Part shown: piece by piece, positions 39,983 through 51,712 of the stretch | How the letters are laid out: each line of letters begins with the position of its first letter | Numbering within the stretch: position 1 is the first letter of the stretch | Assembly: GCF_036321535.1 (NCBI RefSeq) | Contig: NC_087437.1 | Span: 22,570,001 to 22,634,000 of the forward strand | DNA length: 64,000 nt | Reading direction: 5' to 3' | Source of the DNA: Camelus dromedarius | Lineage: Eukaryota | The notes under the pieces: model-generated | The model's database searches: none | Told to the model about the DNA's origin: nothing | What the model saw: the letters and a program-made list of their open reading frames with translations, nothing else | Translations under genes and position numbers: made by a program

Positions 39983-40405
39983 CAGTGCTGTTCAATCAAA
40001 ATACAATGTAAGCCACATATGTAATTTAAAATTTTCTAGTGACCACATTAAAAAAGTAAAAAGAAATGGGCAAAAGTAATTCTAATGGCATATATTATTT
40101 AACTAAATATTTAATTACTGCTATAATTTTATAGCAGTAAAATTATAAACTGGGTATTTTACTTTTTTTCATTTTAAGTCTTTGAAATCTATGGTGTATT
40201 TTATACTTACAGCCTGTCAATTTTGACTAGTCACCTTTCAAGTAGCTACATGTGGCTTATAGAATTATCAACTGGGTATTTTACTTTTTTTCATTTTAAG
40301 TCTTTGAAATCTATGGTGTATTTTATACTTACAGCCTGTCAATTTTGACTAGTCACCTTTCAAGTAGCTACATGTGGCTTATAGCCACCAAACTGGACAG
40401 AGCAA
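39983..40405. mobile_element. MER33-like hAT-Charlie MITE containing a 122-bp tandem duplication
   Basis: cagtgctgttcaat...gccacatatgtaatttaaaattttctagtgaccacattaaaaaagtaaaaagaaa...ctggacagagca. Units are 40141-40262 and 40263-40384. Confidence 0.8.
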
Positions 40406-40963
40406 TGCTTGAGTAAGCCCTATTTGAGGTTACCTAAATCAGGACAACCTGGATTAATTTTCTAGAGAGAAAATAGGACAACTCTATGAAGTAAGAATTA
40501 TTTTCTAGTTTTAAATACTGGACTAATACTTCTGAAGTTCAAAATAGTGCAGCTGTATTTGAGTCTCTATGCAGCTGCATCATATAAAATTAAGGCATTT
40601 TAATCCAAATAGGAAACAAGAAAATTGATAAAGTGAGAAAATGCATAGCCCACGTGTGTTTGAATGAATGGCTTCCTGGAGACCTTGGAAGAAATGTCAG
40701 TCCTATAAATATCAGGATCTGTTTCTGGCGTCTTATGGGTGATTACTACTTAATGTATTGTGTTGAGTTCTTCCTTTTCCTAAAGGAAGCTCCTATTTTG
40801 GACATCTTCCAACCTGAAAAAAACCCCACACTTTATATAGAACTGCTTCTGCAAGTCTACAGTCTATGGCTTGGTGCTCTCTGGAAAGTGTTAAGCCATT
40901 GACCACTGGTGAGTAGGGAGAAAGAAATATTGGCTGCACGGTTGAACAAAAAGAAAGATACAT

Positions 40964-41053
40964 ATTTTTACGTATGTTCATGTATAACTGAAAAATTGTG
41001 CTCTACACTGGAAATTGACACCAGACTGTAAAATGACTGTAACTCAATAAAAA
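40964..41053 (+). mobile_element. 90-bp L1 3'-terminal stub
   Basis: gtatgttcatgtataactgaaaaattgtgctctacactggaaattgacac...ctcaataaaaaaaa. Perfect 16-bp TSD aaaaagaaagatacat at 40948-40963 and 41054-41069. Confidence 0.85.
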
Positions 41054-43349
41054 AAAAAGAAAGATACATGTTTTTGTTTTGGTTGAATATCTTTTTTTGG
41101 AGGACAGAAACTAATATTGCCACTCAGCTATGTGCTGGAAGTTCAGCTATGTGCTAGGAGGTCCACCTTCATCTTGAGTCACTGTCCCTCCTGGGGCCAT
41201 GAGACTCCTTATCTCCAAGGGTGATCTGGGATACTAAACTGCTTCACATTTCATATTTGAGAAGAGACACCCTTCACATTTTGCTCTAGCAGTTTCTTCC
41301 ACAAATTTATTAATTCATTAATTTAACAAGCATTTATTGAAAACCTACTATTCTAAATACTAGAAATATAAGAGTGAAAATAAAGGGAAAAAACAGGAAA
41401 AAAGCTCCTCTTTCACAGGAGACAAAGAAATAAGGGGAAATAAAATAAATACATAGATCAATAGTGATTGGTGCTGTACAAGAATGTAAGTCAAGAAAAG
41501 GGGATGGGAAGCCAAGTGATTTGCAGGTGACTGTATAGGGGGATTATAAGGTAAAATTTTTGATAGAATGGTTAGGGAAGGTCTCATTGAGGTGGCATTT
41601 GAGTAAAGGCCCAAAGAAGATGAAGAGGGAGAAACAACAAATGCAAATGCCCCGAGGCAGCAACAAGACTGGTGTGTTCCAGATAACATCATACTCAATG
41701 GTGAAAAGCTGAAAAGCTTTTCTTCTAAGATCAGGAACAAGACAAGGATGCCTACTCTTGTTACTTCTGTTTAATACAGTATTGGAAGCCCTAGCCATGC
41801 CAATCAGACAGGAAAAAGAAATAAAAGGCATCCAAATTGGAAGGGAAGAAGTAAAACTATCACTATTTGCAGATGCAATGATGCCATACACAGAAAATTC
41901 TGAAGTCTCCACCAAAAAACTTTTACACTAATAGATGAATTTAATAAAGTTGCAAGATGCAAAATCAATATAGATCAATCTGTTGCTTTTCTATACACTA
42001 ATAATGAACTATCAGAAAGGGAAAGTAAAAAACAATCTCATTTAAAATCACATCAAAAAGAATAAAATACCTAAGAATAAACTTAATCAAAGAGGTGAAA
42101 GACCTATACTCTGAAAACTATAAAACACTGATGAAGGAATTTGAAAATGATAACAAAGAAATGAAAAGATATCCCATATTTCTGGATTGGAAGAATTAAT
42201 ATCATTAAAATGTCCATTCTATCTGAAGCAATCTACAGATGTAATGAAATCTCTGTCAAAATACCCATGGCACTTTTCACAGAACTAGAACAAATAATTC
42301 TAAAATTTATATGGAACCACAAAACTTATATGATTCCCAAACTGCCAAAGCAATCTTGAGAAAGAACAAAGCTGGAGGTATCACACTCCCTGACTTCAGA
42401 TATACTACAAAGCTACAGTAACCAAAACAGAATAGTACTGGCACAAAAACAGACACACTGATCAAAGGAACAGAATAGATCCAGAAATAAATCCATACTT
42501 ATTTGGTCAGTTAATCTATGACAAAGGAGGCAAAAATATACAGTGGAGAAAAGACAGTCTCTTCAATAAGTGGTGCTGGGAAAACTAGACAGCTGCATCT
42601 AAAAGAATGAGATTAGAACATTTCCTCACACCATATACAAAAATAGATAAAAAATGGATTAAAGACCTTCATGTAAGATCAGAAACCATTAAACTCCTAG
42701 TAGAGAACATAGGCAGAACACTCTTTGACATAAATTATAGCAATATTTTTTGTATCTGTCTTCTAAGGCAAAAGAAATAAAAGGAAAAATAAACCAATGG
42801 GGCCTAATTAAACTTAAAAGCTTTTGCACAGCAAAGGTAACCATTGACAAAATGGAAAAACAACCTACTAAATGGGAGAAAATATTTTCAAATGATATGA
42901 CTGCTAAGGGGTTAATATCCAAAATATATACACAGCTAATATAATTCAATATCAGAAAACAAACAACCTGATTAAAAAATGGGCAGAAGACCTGAATAGA
43001 CGTTTTTCAAAGAAGACATACAGATGTCTAACAGGCACATGAAAAAACGCTCAACATTGCTAATGATCAGAGAAATGCAAATCAAAACCACAATGAGATA
43101 ATCACCTCACACCTGTCAAAATGGCTATCTTCAAAAGTCTACAAATAACAAATGTTAGAAAGGATGTGGAGAAAAGAGAACCCCAATATACTGTTGATGG
43201 GACTGTAAATTATTGCAGTCACTACAGAAAATAGTATGGAGATTCCTCAAAAAACTAAAAATAGAAATATTGTATGATCTAGCAATTCCATTGATGGGTA
43301 TATATCCAAAGAAAATAAAAACACTAATTTGAAAAGATATATGTACCCC

Positions 43350-43834
43350 TATATACAATGGAACACTACTCAGCCATAAAAGAGAATAAAATAATGCCAT
43401 TTGCAGCAACATGGATGGACCTGAATATTGTCATTCTAAGTGAAGTGGGCCAGAAAGAGAAAGAAAAATGCCATATGGTATCACTTATATGTGGAACCTA
43501 AAAAACAAAAAACAAAAAATTAAGGACACAAATGAACTTATTATTTATATCTTAGATGATTGATTTCTTGAATATGTGTAAGCACATTTGACTGGCCTTT
43601 ATGATTGGATTACCACATTCTGTTGATTCTTATTTTGTGTTGGCTTTATTCCTTTGATAATTATGCAAGTTAAAAAAGCTAAAGCTCTAATCTGTTCTTA
43701 GAAACAATTATCAGTACATATATGTAAACTAAAAAAAAGTACAGTATATTGTATATATGTATTTGCATGAAATATAATGTATATGTGCAATCCAACTGTA
43801 ATAATTCTACCTAATAAAACTGAAAAAGAAAAAA
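43350..43834 (+). mobile_element. Nested retro-insertion: L1 fragment fused to about 290 bp of non-L1-looking sequence, then AATAAA and an A-tail
   Basis: Perfect 18-bp TSD aaaagatatatgtacccc at 43332-43349 and 43835-43852. Confidence 0.8.
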
Positions 43835-44192
43835 AAAAGATATATGTACCCCAATGTTCATAGCAGCACTATTTACAATAGCCAAGAAATGGAAACAACC
43901 CAAGTACCCATCAACAATAGTAAATAAATACAATGGAATATTACTCAGCCATAAAAAGAATGAAATGCTGCCATTTACAACATTGTTGGCAGACCTAGAT
44001 GGTATCATGCTTAGTTAAATAAATCAGACAGAGAAAGACAAATATTCTATTATCACTTATATATGGAACCTAAAAAATAAAACAAATAAATGTATATAAC
44101 AAAATGGAAACAAACTCAAGGACATAGAAAACAAACTAGTGGTTACCAGTGCAGGGGCAAGATAGAAGCATGGGATTAAGAGATACAAACTA

Positions 44193-44260
44193 ATATATTA
44201 TATATATTTATATATATATGTATATATATATTTATATATATGTGTATATATATATATATA
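44193..44260. repeat. Imperfect (TA)n microsatellite in the L1 3'UTR
   Basis: Directly visible. Confidence 0.9.
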
Positions 44261-47200
44261 AAGAAACAAGGACATACTGTACACAGGGAAATATAGGCAT
44301 TATTTTGTAATAACTTTATATAGAGTATAATCTATAAAAATATTGAATCACTATGTTGTACACCTGAAACTAATATACTATTGCACATCAACTATACTTT
44401 AACTAAAAAAAAAAAGACTAGTGTGTTCAAGAATAGCCCATAGGTACACTGGGATTCCCAAGTGTCTTTACATACCCTAAACCTCTCTATCTCACCCACC
44501 CCATATAAAGGGACATTTCAGATTTATTAATAAAAATAATTATCTTGGATAACCTAAATTTTCCAAACTTGGACCCAAGTCAATGCTGAAAGAGACAGGA
44601 GGGTAGTATGAGGTCAGAAGGTTCTCTAATGGGCTATGACTATCTGTAAAATGAGGGATATTAACTCTAGCATCAATTTCTAGTTGTTGGGAAGTTTATT
44701 CTATTGTCATTTTGTTGATCTTTTCTCTCCCCTGCCCCATCCTCCAAATTTTCCTTGTCTAAACACAACTGAAGATGAGCTGGCTCATTGATCAGGCCCA
44801 CTAAGAAGTTCTCTCTTCCCCTACCCTGTAATTTATCATACATGGTCTTTTGTGGGGGGGTCTGCCTTTAGTTATAAACTCTTTCTGTCAAATGCTGCTG
44901 ATGACCTTTACATCACCAGCAAGATCTTCATCAGTGAGAAAGGGAGGAGATAAAATCAATCAAATAATAGCCAAATCATCCTTATTGGAAATAAACTGAA
45001 AACTGGCTGAAGAGAGTATGAAACATGCAAGAAGAATTAGATTTAAATATAAATGTGTATCTATAAAAGAAAAATATGAAGAGTTAATAACACTTAGCTA
45101 AGATTTAGCTAAGGCTAAATGGGAAAGAATTAATTTAAAGAAGGCCAAGAAAAATCAGACCTGGAGAGCATAGGTTCTCTTTCATAAATTAGTGAGTCAC
45201 AATAATTTAGGCAATAAATGAATAATTGTGGGGTAAGATTAACTAGGTGTTTAAAGGTTGTTGAAGATCTTAAATTGCACCAATTTAGCAGAGAGTGGGT
45301 TCAATGTGTTTTAATATAACAATTAACTCCCAGAAGAGAAAGGAGCTTAAGTATTTCTGCTCATGTGTGGGTCTCTGCTATATAAGATCTTCTCTAACAT
45401 TTGTTGAGTTGGGGTTAGAACCCCAGAATGTCTGGGTGGGGGACTCTGGGTTGACTTTTAACTTTCTTTAAAACAAAAGCTTATTTTAAAATAAAAAAAA
45501 AAAACAGTATCACAGAAATAAGAATCATGACAGATACTGTCATGAAATTTTAGAGCCAGAAAGGGCTCTAGTCGAAACTTTTCATTTTACAGATGAAATA
45601 TCAGTTTCTTCATCTATAAAATGAAGGGGTTAGAAGAGACGAGATCGAATATCTTCCACTTCCAAGAACCCATAAAATCTAGAAAGGCTAAGTGGTGCTC
45701 AAAGTTGCACAGCTGGTCTGTGCCAGACTTGGAAAGCCTACTTGGTTCCCAGGATTCTCATTATGGCTGTGAGTCAATTCCGTGTTTAAAAATCCAGTCA
45801 GCTCAGCTGTTTGACACCATGCAGATAAGTAACCATCTTACTAAGCTAGATATTTTTTTTCTATTTCAATCAGACCTCTTGTGTTGTGTAAACATAACCT
45901 CAGGAACATCACTAGACACAGAGGGAGCAAAGCTTTAACACAACACACTTTTGTGCTTGGAGCTGGCTGAATCACTCAATAGAATGCAACAACTCAGCCA
46001 TTAATGCTGGGACCAGGAAACAATGGATTCAATGCTTTTCAACATGCAGATTTGTGCAAAGGTGACCTAAAATGGGACCTGACCATGAGAAGCAAAGTAT
46101 CCATAAATGGCGTAAGAGAACAACCCTAGAAATCACTGATGGGTTGAAAATATTTTATCTCAAGTCCATACTTCCATGGATGCCAAGGGACTTTTGCATT
46201 TCCCTGGGGCTGGGAGAGTGTTGTGTAAAATGTTTCAGCAAGGACTTAGTGGCCAGGTCATCTCTAGGCCTGAAGATGGAGTTGTCTATTTATGTACATC
46301 ATTCTGGAGCTCTGATTCTCTAATTTACACCATGGGTTTCAAATGTGATACAAACTTTCATTTCATCCTCTTCCAGGAAACAGGTAAACATCATACATTA
46401 AAAAATATTTTTTCCTCCTTCATCCCATAAGCGAAATAAAACAGGTAAAAAACTGGGAAAAATACTTGTAACTGATATTACACACAAAGGGTTAATATCC
46501 CTAATATATTAAGGGCTTCTAAAACTTGAAGAATAAAAGACCAACAGCCTCACTGGAAAAAGGGCATCTTATAAATATTTGATTTTCAGGAAAAAAAAAT
46601 GCACATGTTGCCTAAATGTATGAACAAATGTTCAACCTTACTCATAACAAGAAAAGTACTAAGTCAAACCACAGGGAGATACAAATCCTCACCTATTGTA
46701 TGGATAAAAACCCAAAATTGTAACAGAATTCTGAATTGGCAAGGTTGTGAAGAACAGATACTGTCATACACGGCTGGTGTGAAAGCAAAATAGTACAAAC
46801 CTTCGGCAGGGAATTTGGCATCTAGGAAAATTACATATACATTTCAAACTGTTTTTAGAAATCTATCCTAAAGAAACACTGGCAAAATATGAAAAGCTAT
46901 TAGTTTTAAGGTTATTAATTGTGACACCACTAGTAATGCAAAAGACAGGAAAGAACCCAAATGTCCATCAACAGACAACAGGCTGAATAAACTATGAAGT
47001 ATTCTGCAGCTATAAAAGAGAATGAGAAAGATCTTTATATGTTGCTAAGGATTATTCTTGAAAACACTGTTAACTAAAGAAGAGCAAGGTGAAGATCCAT
47101 GTGTATAGTAGTATACAGTAGAGTGTGCTCATGTTTGTGTATTTGCTTAGGTTTAAAAGTAGAAGGGTAAAGTAAAAACCAATCAAAATGGTGGGAAAAT

Positions 47201-47401
47201 TAAGATAGACGTGATAGGGATAAAAGCTAGATTTCTCTTGTTTAGTTCTATGGTTTTCATTTTGGAGTTCTGTAGATATTTAATATAATTTTAAAACAAA
47301 AATTAAAAACAAAATGAAACAAATGAACATTATTGTATATTGACCTGCAGCTTAAACATACAGAGGAATTATTTTAAGAACTCTTTAAACAGAGTAATTT
47401 T

Positions 47402-48908
47402 TAAAAATTCCTTTATTGTGGTATGATTCCTCTACAGTAAACTACACTTATTTCAGATGTATAATCTGATGAATTTTGATAAATATATATACCTGTGGAA
47501 CCACCACCACAATCAAAATAGCCAACATTTCTATCACTCCCCAAGAGGTGCAAATTTTGAATTCTCAATTTATCCCTTCTCACTCCCTTTACCCACTGGT
47601 CACCATAAGTTTGTTCACTATGTCTTTGAGTCTGTTTCTATTTTGTAGATAAGTTCATTTGTGTCTTTCTTTTTTTTTTAAGATTCCACATATAAGAAGT
47701 CATATAGCATTTTTCTTTCTCTTTCTGGCTTACTTCACTTAGAATGACTATATATAGGTCTATCCATGTTTCTGCAAATGGTGTTATTTTATTCTTTTTT
47801 TATGGCTGAGTAATAGTCTATTGTATAATTATACCACATCTTCTTTATCCAGTCATCTGTCAATGGATATTTGTGTTGTTTCCATGTCTTGGTTATTATA
47901 AACAGTGCTGTTCTGAACACTGGGATGCATGTATCTTTTCAAAATATATTTTCCTCCAGATATATGCTCAGGAGTGAGATTGCTGGATCATATGGTAAGT
48001 CTATTTTTAGTTTTTTGAGGAATCTCCATACTGTCCTCCATAGTGGCTGCACCAATTTACATTCCCACCAACAGCGTAGGAGGGTTCCTTTTTCTCCACA
48101 CCCTCTCCGGCATTTATCATTTGTGGACTTTTTAAAATTTACCATGTGTGAGGTGTTACCTTATTGTACTTTTGATTTGCATTTCTCTAACAATTAGTGA
48201 TGTTGAGCATCTTTTCATGTTCTTGTTGGCTAACTGGATGTCTTCTTTGGAGAGATGTCTATTTAGGTTTTCTGCCCATTTTTGACTAGGCTGCTTTTTT
48301 TTGATATTAAGCTGTATGAACTATTTGTGTATTTTGGAAATTAGTCTCTTGTCAGTCACATCATTTGCAAATATTTTCTCCTATTCTGTAGGTTGTCTTT
48401 TTGTTTTGTTGATGGTATCTATAGCCATGCAAAATCTTTTAAGTTTAATTAGATCCCATTTGTTTAATTTTTAATTTATTTCCTTTACTTTAGGAGCTGG
48501 TTGAAAAAAACTATTGCTATGATTTATGTCAAAGAGTGATCTGCTTATGTCTTCCTTTAGTAGTTTTATAGTATTTGGCCTTATATTTAGGTATTTAGAG
48601 GATGTTCTAATTTCAGTCTTCTACAGGTAGCTGTCCAGTTTTCCCAGCACCACTTGTTGAAGAGAATATCTTTTCTCCATGTATATTCTTGTCTCCTTTG
48701 TCATAGATTAATATATCATAGACCATAAGTATGTGGGTTTATTTCTGGACTTTCTATCCTGTTCCATTGATCTATGTGTCTGTTTTTGTGCCATACCATA
48801 CTGTTTTGATTACTGTACCTTTTAATATAGTCTGGATTCAGGAAGCATGACTCCCCCAGCTCCATTCTCCTTTTTCAAGACTGTTTTGGCTATTCAGGGT
48901 CTTTTGTA
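47402..48908 (-). mobile_element. 5'-truncated L1 with an atypical (old L1MB-like) 3' terminus
   Basis: The ORF track gives [25 protein letters not shown]. Perfect 15-bp TSD aaacagagtaatttt at 47387-47401 and 48909-48923. Confidence 0.9.
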
Positions 48909-50028
48909 AAACAGAGTAATTTTAAACTGCTCATCCTACTGTCATATGTACAAAGGTTAAAAAGAACCACAATGAACTCTAAAGCAGTTTTCAATAATCA
49001 TATTTTAGTAGTAATGTGTATTATACTGTTGAAAAAATATATTTAAAGGAAGTAAGAAATTATATTAATGTAATAGAAGAAAAGTAGGAAGAAGAAAAAT
49101 ATAAATGCAAATAAAAATTCAAGGCAGTTAAGTAAAATTCCTGAAATCCTAAATTGGAACTAAAAATATTAATATGAATTTGTGATATTATTTCTCCTTC
49201 AAAACAAATAAAAATATCTAGAAACAATGAGCAATCCAGTAGCAATGAGAATGCCTAGTGCCCACATTTTGGTCTTTAGATACATTTCCCTCTTAGAAAG
49301 AACCAAGCCTCTTGGAGAAATGTCTGGTCTATGTCAGAGTACAGGAAACATACAAGATAAGGTTGGAACACCTAATGTTTTTCCAAAACAAGAAATCTAT
49401 GAAAGACCATTGGGTTCATGACAAAAGGATGCAGGAGAAACTTGAAAAGGCTCCTGGTTGTCAAAGATGGAATATTTTGATCATCAAAAAAGTATAACTA
49501 CAGTAGTAGATTATAACATATCAACTATGTTTAAATCCATGTGTTGATATGACACTCATAAAAAGCCAACCCCACCCATATCCTTAGTCATATGTGGAGG
49601 ATGCTAGGGAAATAACTCATTATTTTGAAAACAGAAAATTAGTAAATAAACAGAAAAAATAAATAATTTATCCTGATTTTTTCCTCAGATAATATCACAG
49701 GGCACTCAAATAATGGATCTGGAAAATTGTTTCTTTTAGGAGAATACCAGGTAATACATGCAAAAGGTAGGATAAAATTAGCATACCACTAGTTTGTAAC
49801 CACTAATAATACTAGACTAAGCAGTAAGCATCAATTGGTTCTAAAGCCGTTCGCTAAAATGGGGAAGTCTGAAATGTGGTTCTCAAACTTTAATGTGTAT
49901 ATAAATCACTTGAGGATATTGTTAAATTCTAGAATTTGATTTAGTAGTTCTGGGGTTGAGCTTGAGACTCTGCTTTATAACAAGCTACCACATGGTGCCA
50001 ATCAATACTGCTGGTCAGAGGGCTATTC

Positions 50029-50566
50029 TAAGAAAGAGAAAAGCAGCTCCTGGCACTTACGAGCTGGCCTGGTATATTAGCTGGGCCTTGTTCTTCAGCT
50101 GAATGTAAATAATTTCACAGAAAACATCAGACAAGTTCACTCTGTGAGCATGGATCAAGACAAAAATAAGACTACTACATAATCATATCTGCATAAACAC
50201 AAATAATGAACACTGTCCAAACAACAAAATTGACCAAAGATCCCCCTATCTTGGCTATTATAAATGGCGCTGCTTCTTTACCATTTGTAGCCTTAGGCTC
50301 TATTCAGTCTTTCCTCCTACCGGATAAGACTTACTAAAATGCCCAATTACTCATGCTTCCAGACAGCATCTAATCCAGAGCAAAGCCCCAATTCCTTAAG
50401 CTCTCCCTAAAATCACTAAGCATAAGCCCAAGTCCTATAACAAGTCCTTTCTAACACCCTCTGAGAGATCCCATTGTTTCTCTGGTGAGCAGTCTCTTCA
50501 CTACAATAAACACATCTTGTTCAACTACAGGTGCGTTTTGGTGGTCTTTGCTGGAGTAGCAATTCA
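50029..50566 (+). mobile_element. ERV1-type solo LTR (MER90/MER110-like), preceded by a MER5-like MITE (about 49875-50028)
   Basis: About 540 bp with cctataa (TATA-like) and aataaa near the 3' end, followed by ttgttcaactacaggtg...ggtggtctttg and ending in CA. Confidence 0.55.
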
Positions 50567-51596
50567 GTAATGTGATGGATCAGGCTGACAGCTGAGTCAC
50601 TAAACACTACACACTTTCCGATATGATTCTATAAAGACTCATAGTAAGCAAGTAATCTTGCCAAAAAAGAGGAACCTGAATCTGATTAAACCTCTAGATT
50701 TAATCAACAGTTTACAAGAAATACAGAGGATAGAGAAACACTTTAAGTACCATATTTAATTCAACCACAAGAAAAATTGCCTTTTTCCCCCTAACAAATA
50801 AGTGACAAGAAAAATAGAAGAGAGGAGGAACATATAGATTAAAAGAAACTCAATAGTCATAACCATCAATTGTAATGTGTAGCCCTTATTTGGGTCCTAA
50901 TTTGTACACATTACTACTCAAACTGATAATGATGATGATAATGACAAAAAGACTATTGGGGATATCTGAACAGAGGCTAGCTCTTTGATAATATTTTTTA
51001 AATGATTATTAATATTTTTAGGTTTCATATTGACAATGGTAGTTTTTCAAAATATTTACAAATAAAATATGATGTCTGGGATTTGCTTTAACATAATTCA
51101 GTCACACTGGGAATAGTACAAGAGGGTATAGATAAAAATATTGATCATATTTGATAATTATCATAATTTGATTTGAAGTATATATGATAAATCTTTTTAC
51201 TATTCTCTCTTAGTTTCAAAAGTTACATAGTAAATAATTTTCTAAAAATATTTTTTACTATTTAATTCAGCAAATCATTTTTGAAAGAAGTTAAACAGAG
51301 AAAAATTAAGGACCATAGTTCAAAATGGCTGCATATTCTAGAGAAATAAACTATAATGAATTTTAAAGAGTCTTTCCCATTACTAAAATTGCTTTCAAAA
51401 CCATTTTTTGAGAGCTGTTAGAAAGTTCACCTGTTTCTTTTCTTATTTTTTTTTTGTAATCACTAACATGTATGTCAATTGCAAATGAAGAGGAATAAGG
51501 AATTATTATTATGCAGGCTCAGGTGATGGTCTTTAAAGAAACATTCAATTTACATGTTTGACTCTTAAAAGAAGAAAACATTATTTGGGCAATTAC

Positions 51597-51712
51597 CTGG
51601 ATCTGTAGCAGACATCAGTGAACCAAAAAACAAACAGTCAGTGAAATGAAAGTCTCCATTTTTCAGCTGGTCAGCATATACCATAGCCTTCACAAAGCCA
51701 TAAATAATTAAC
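51597..51712 (-). CDS. SLC9A9: SLC9A9/NHE9 internal coding exon (116 bp; probably equivalent to human exon 5)
   Basis: The minus strand reads ttttctcttcaacag|G TTA ATT ATT TAT GGC...GCT ACA GAT CCA G|gtaatt. Translation is (G)[38 protein letters not shown], matching NHE9 as recalled. It has a canonical AG acceptor with a pyrimidine tract and a GT donor. Confidence 0.96.

Larger units (their letters stand above)
41680..44413 (+). mobile_element. 5'-truncated, inactivated L1 (from the RT domain to the poly(A) tail), inserted in an L2 relic and carrying a nested insertion
   Basis: Frameshifted [17 protein letters not shown] and LFADAM (the FADD motif is mutated). [17 protein letters not shown] appears in the ORF track. 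15-bp TSD (1 mismatch) at 41665-41679 and 44414-44428. Confidence 0.92.
46430..51220 (+). mobile_element. Old L1MC-like element split by later insertions (L1, MER5, LTR)
   Basis: cacacaaagggttaatatccctaatatat...aaatgttcaaccttactcataa; aatgagcaatccagtagcaatgag; tgaatctgattaaacctctagat...aagaaatacagagga. Confidence 0.6.
14482..51596 (-). other. SLC9A9: SLC9A9 intron, 37,115 bp, GT-AG, phase 1
   Basis: The two exons join in frame ([11 protein letters not shown]) with no missing NHE9 residues. Donor gtaatt at 51596, acceptor cag at 14482. Confidence 0.9.

Noticed and set aside
40141..40384. CRISPR-like or other repeat-spacer array
   Set aside because: Two abutting units with no spacers, in mammalian intronic DNA. 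No repeat-spacer array was seen anywhere in the window.
41360..41915. 126-aa and 123-aa minus-strand ORFs
   Set aside because: They span an L2/L1 junction and are antisense to L1 ORF2.
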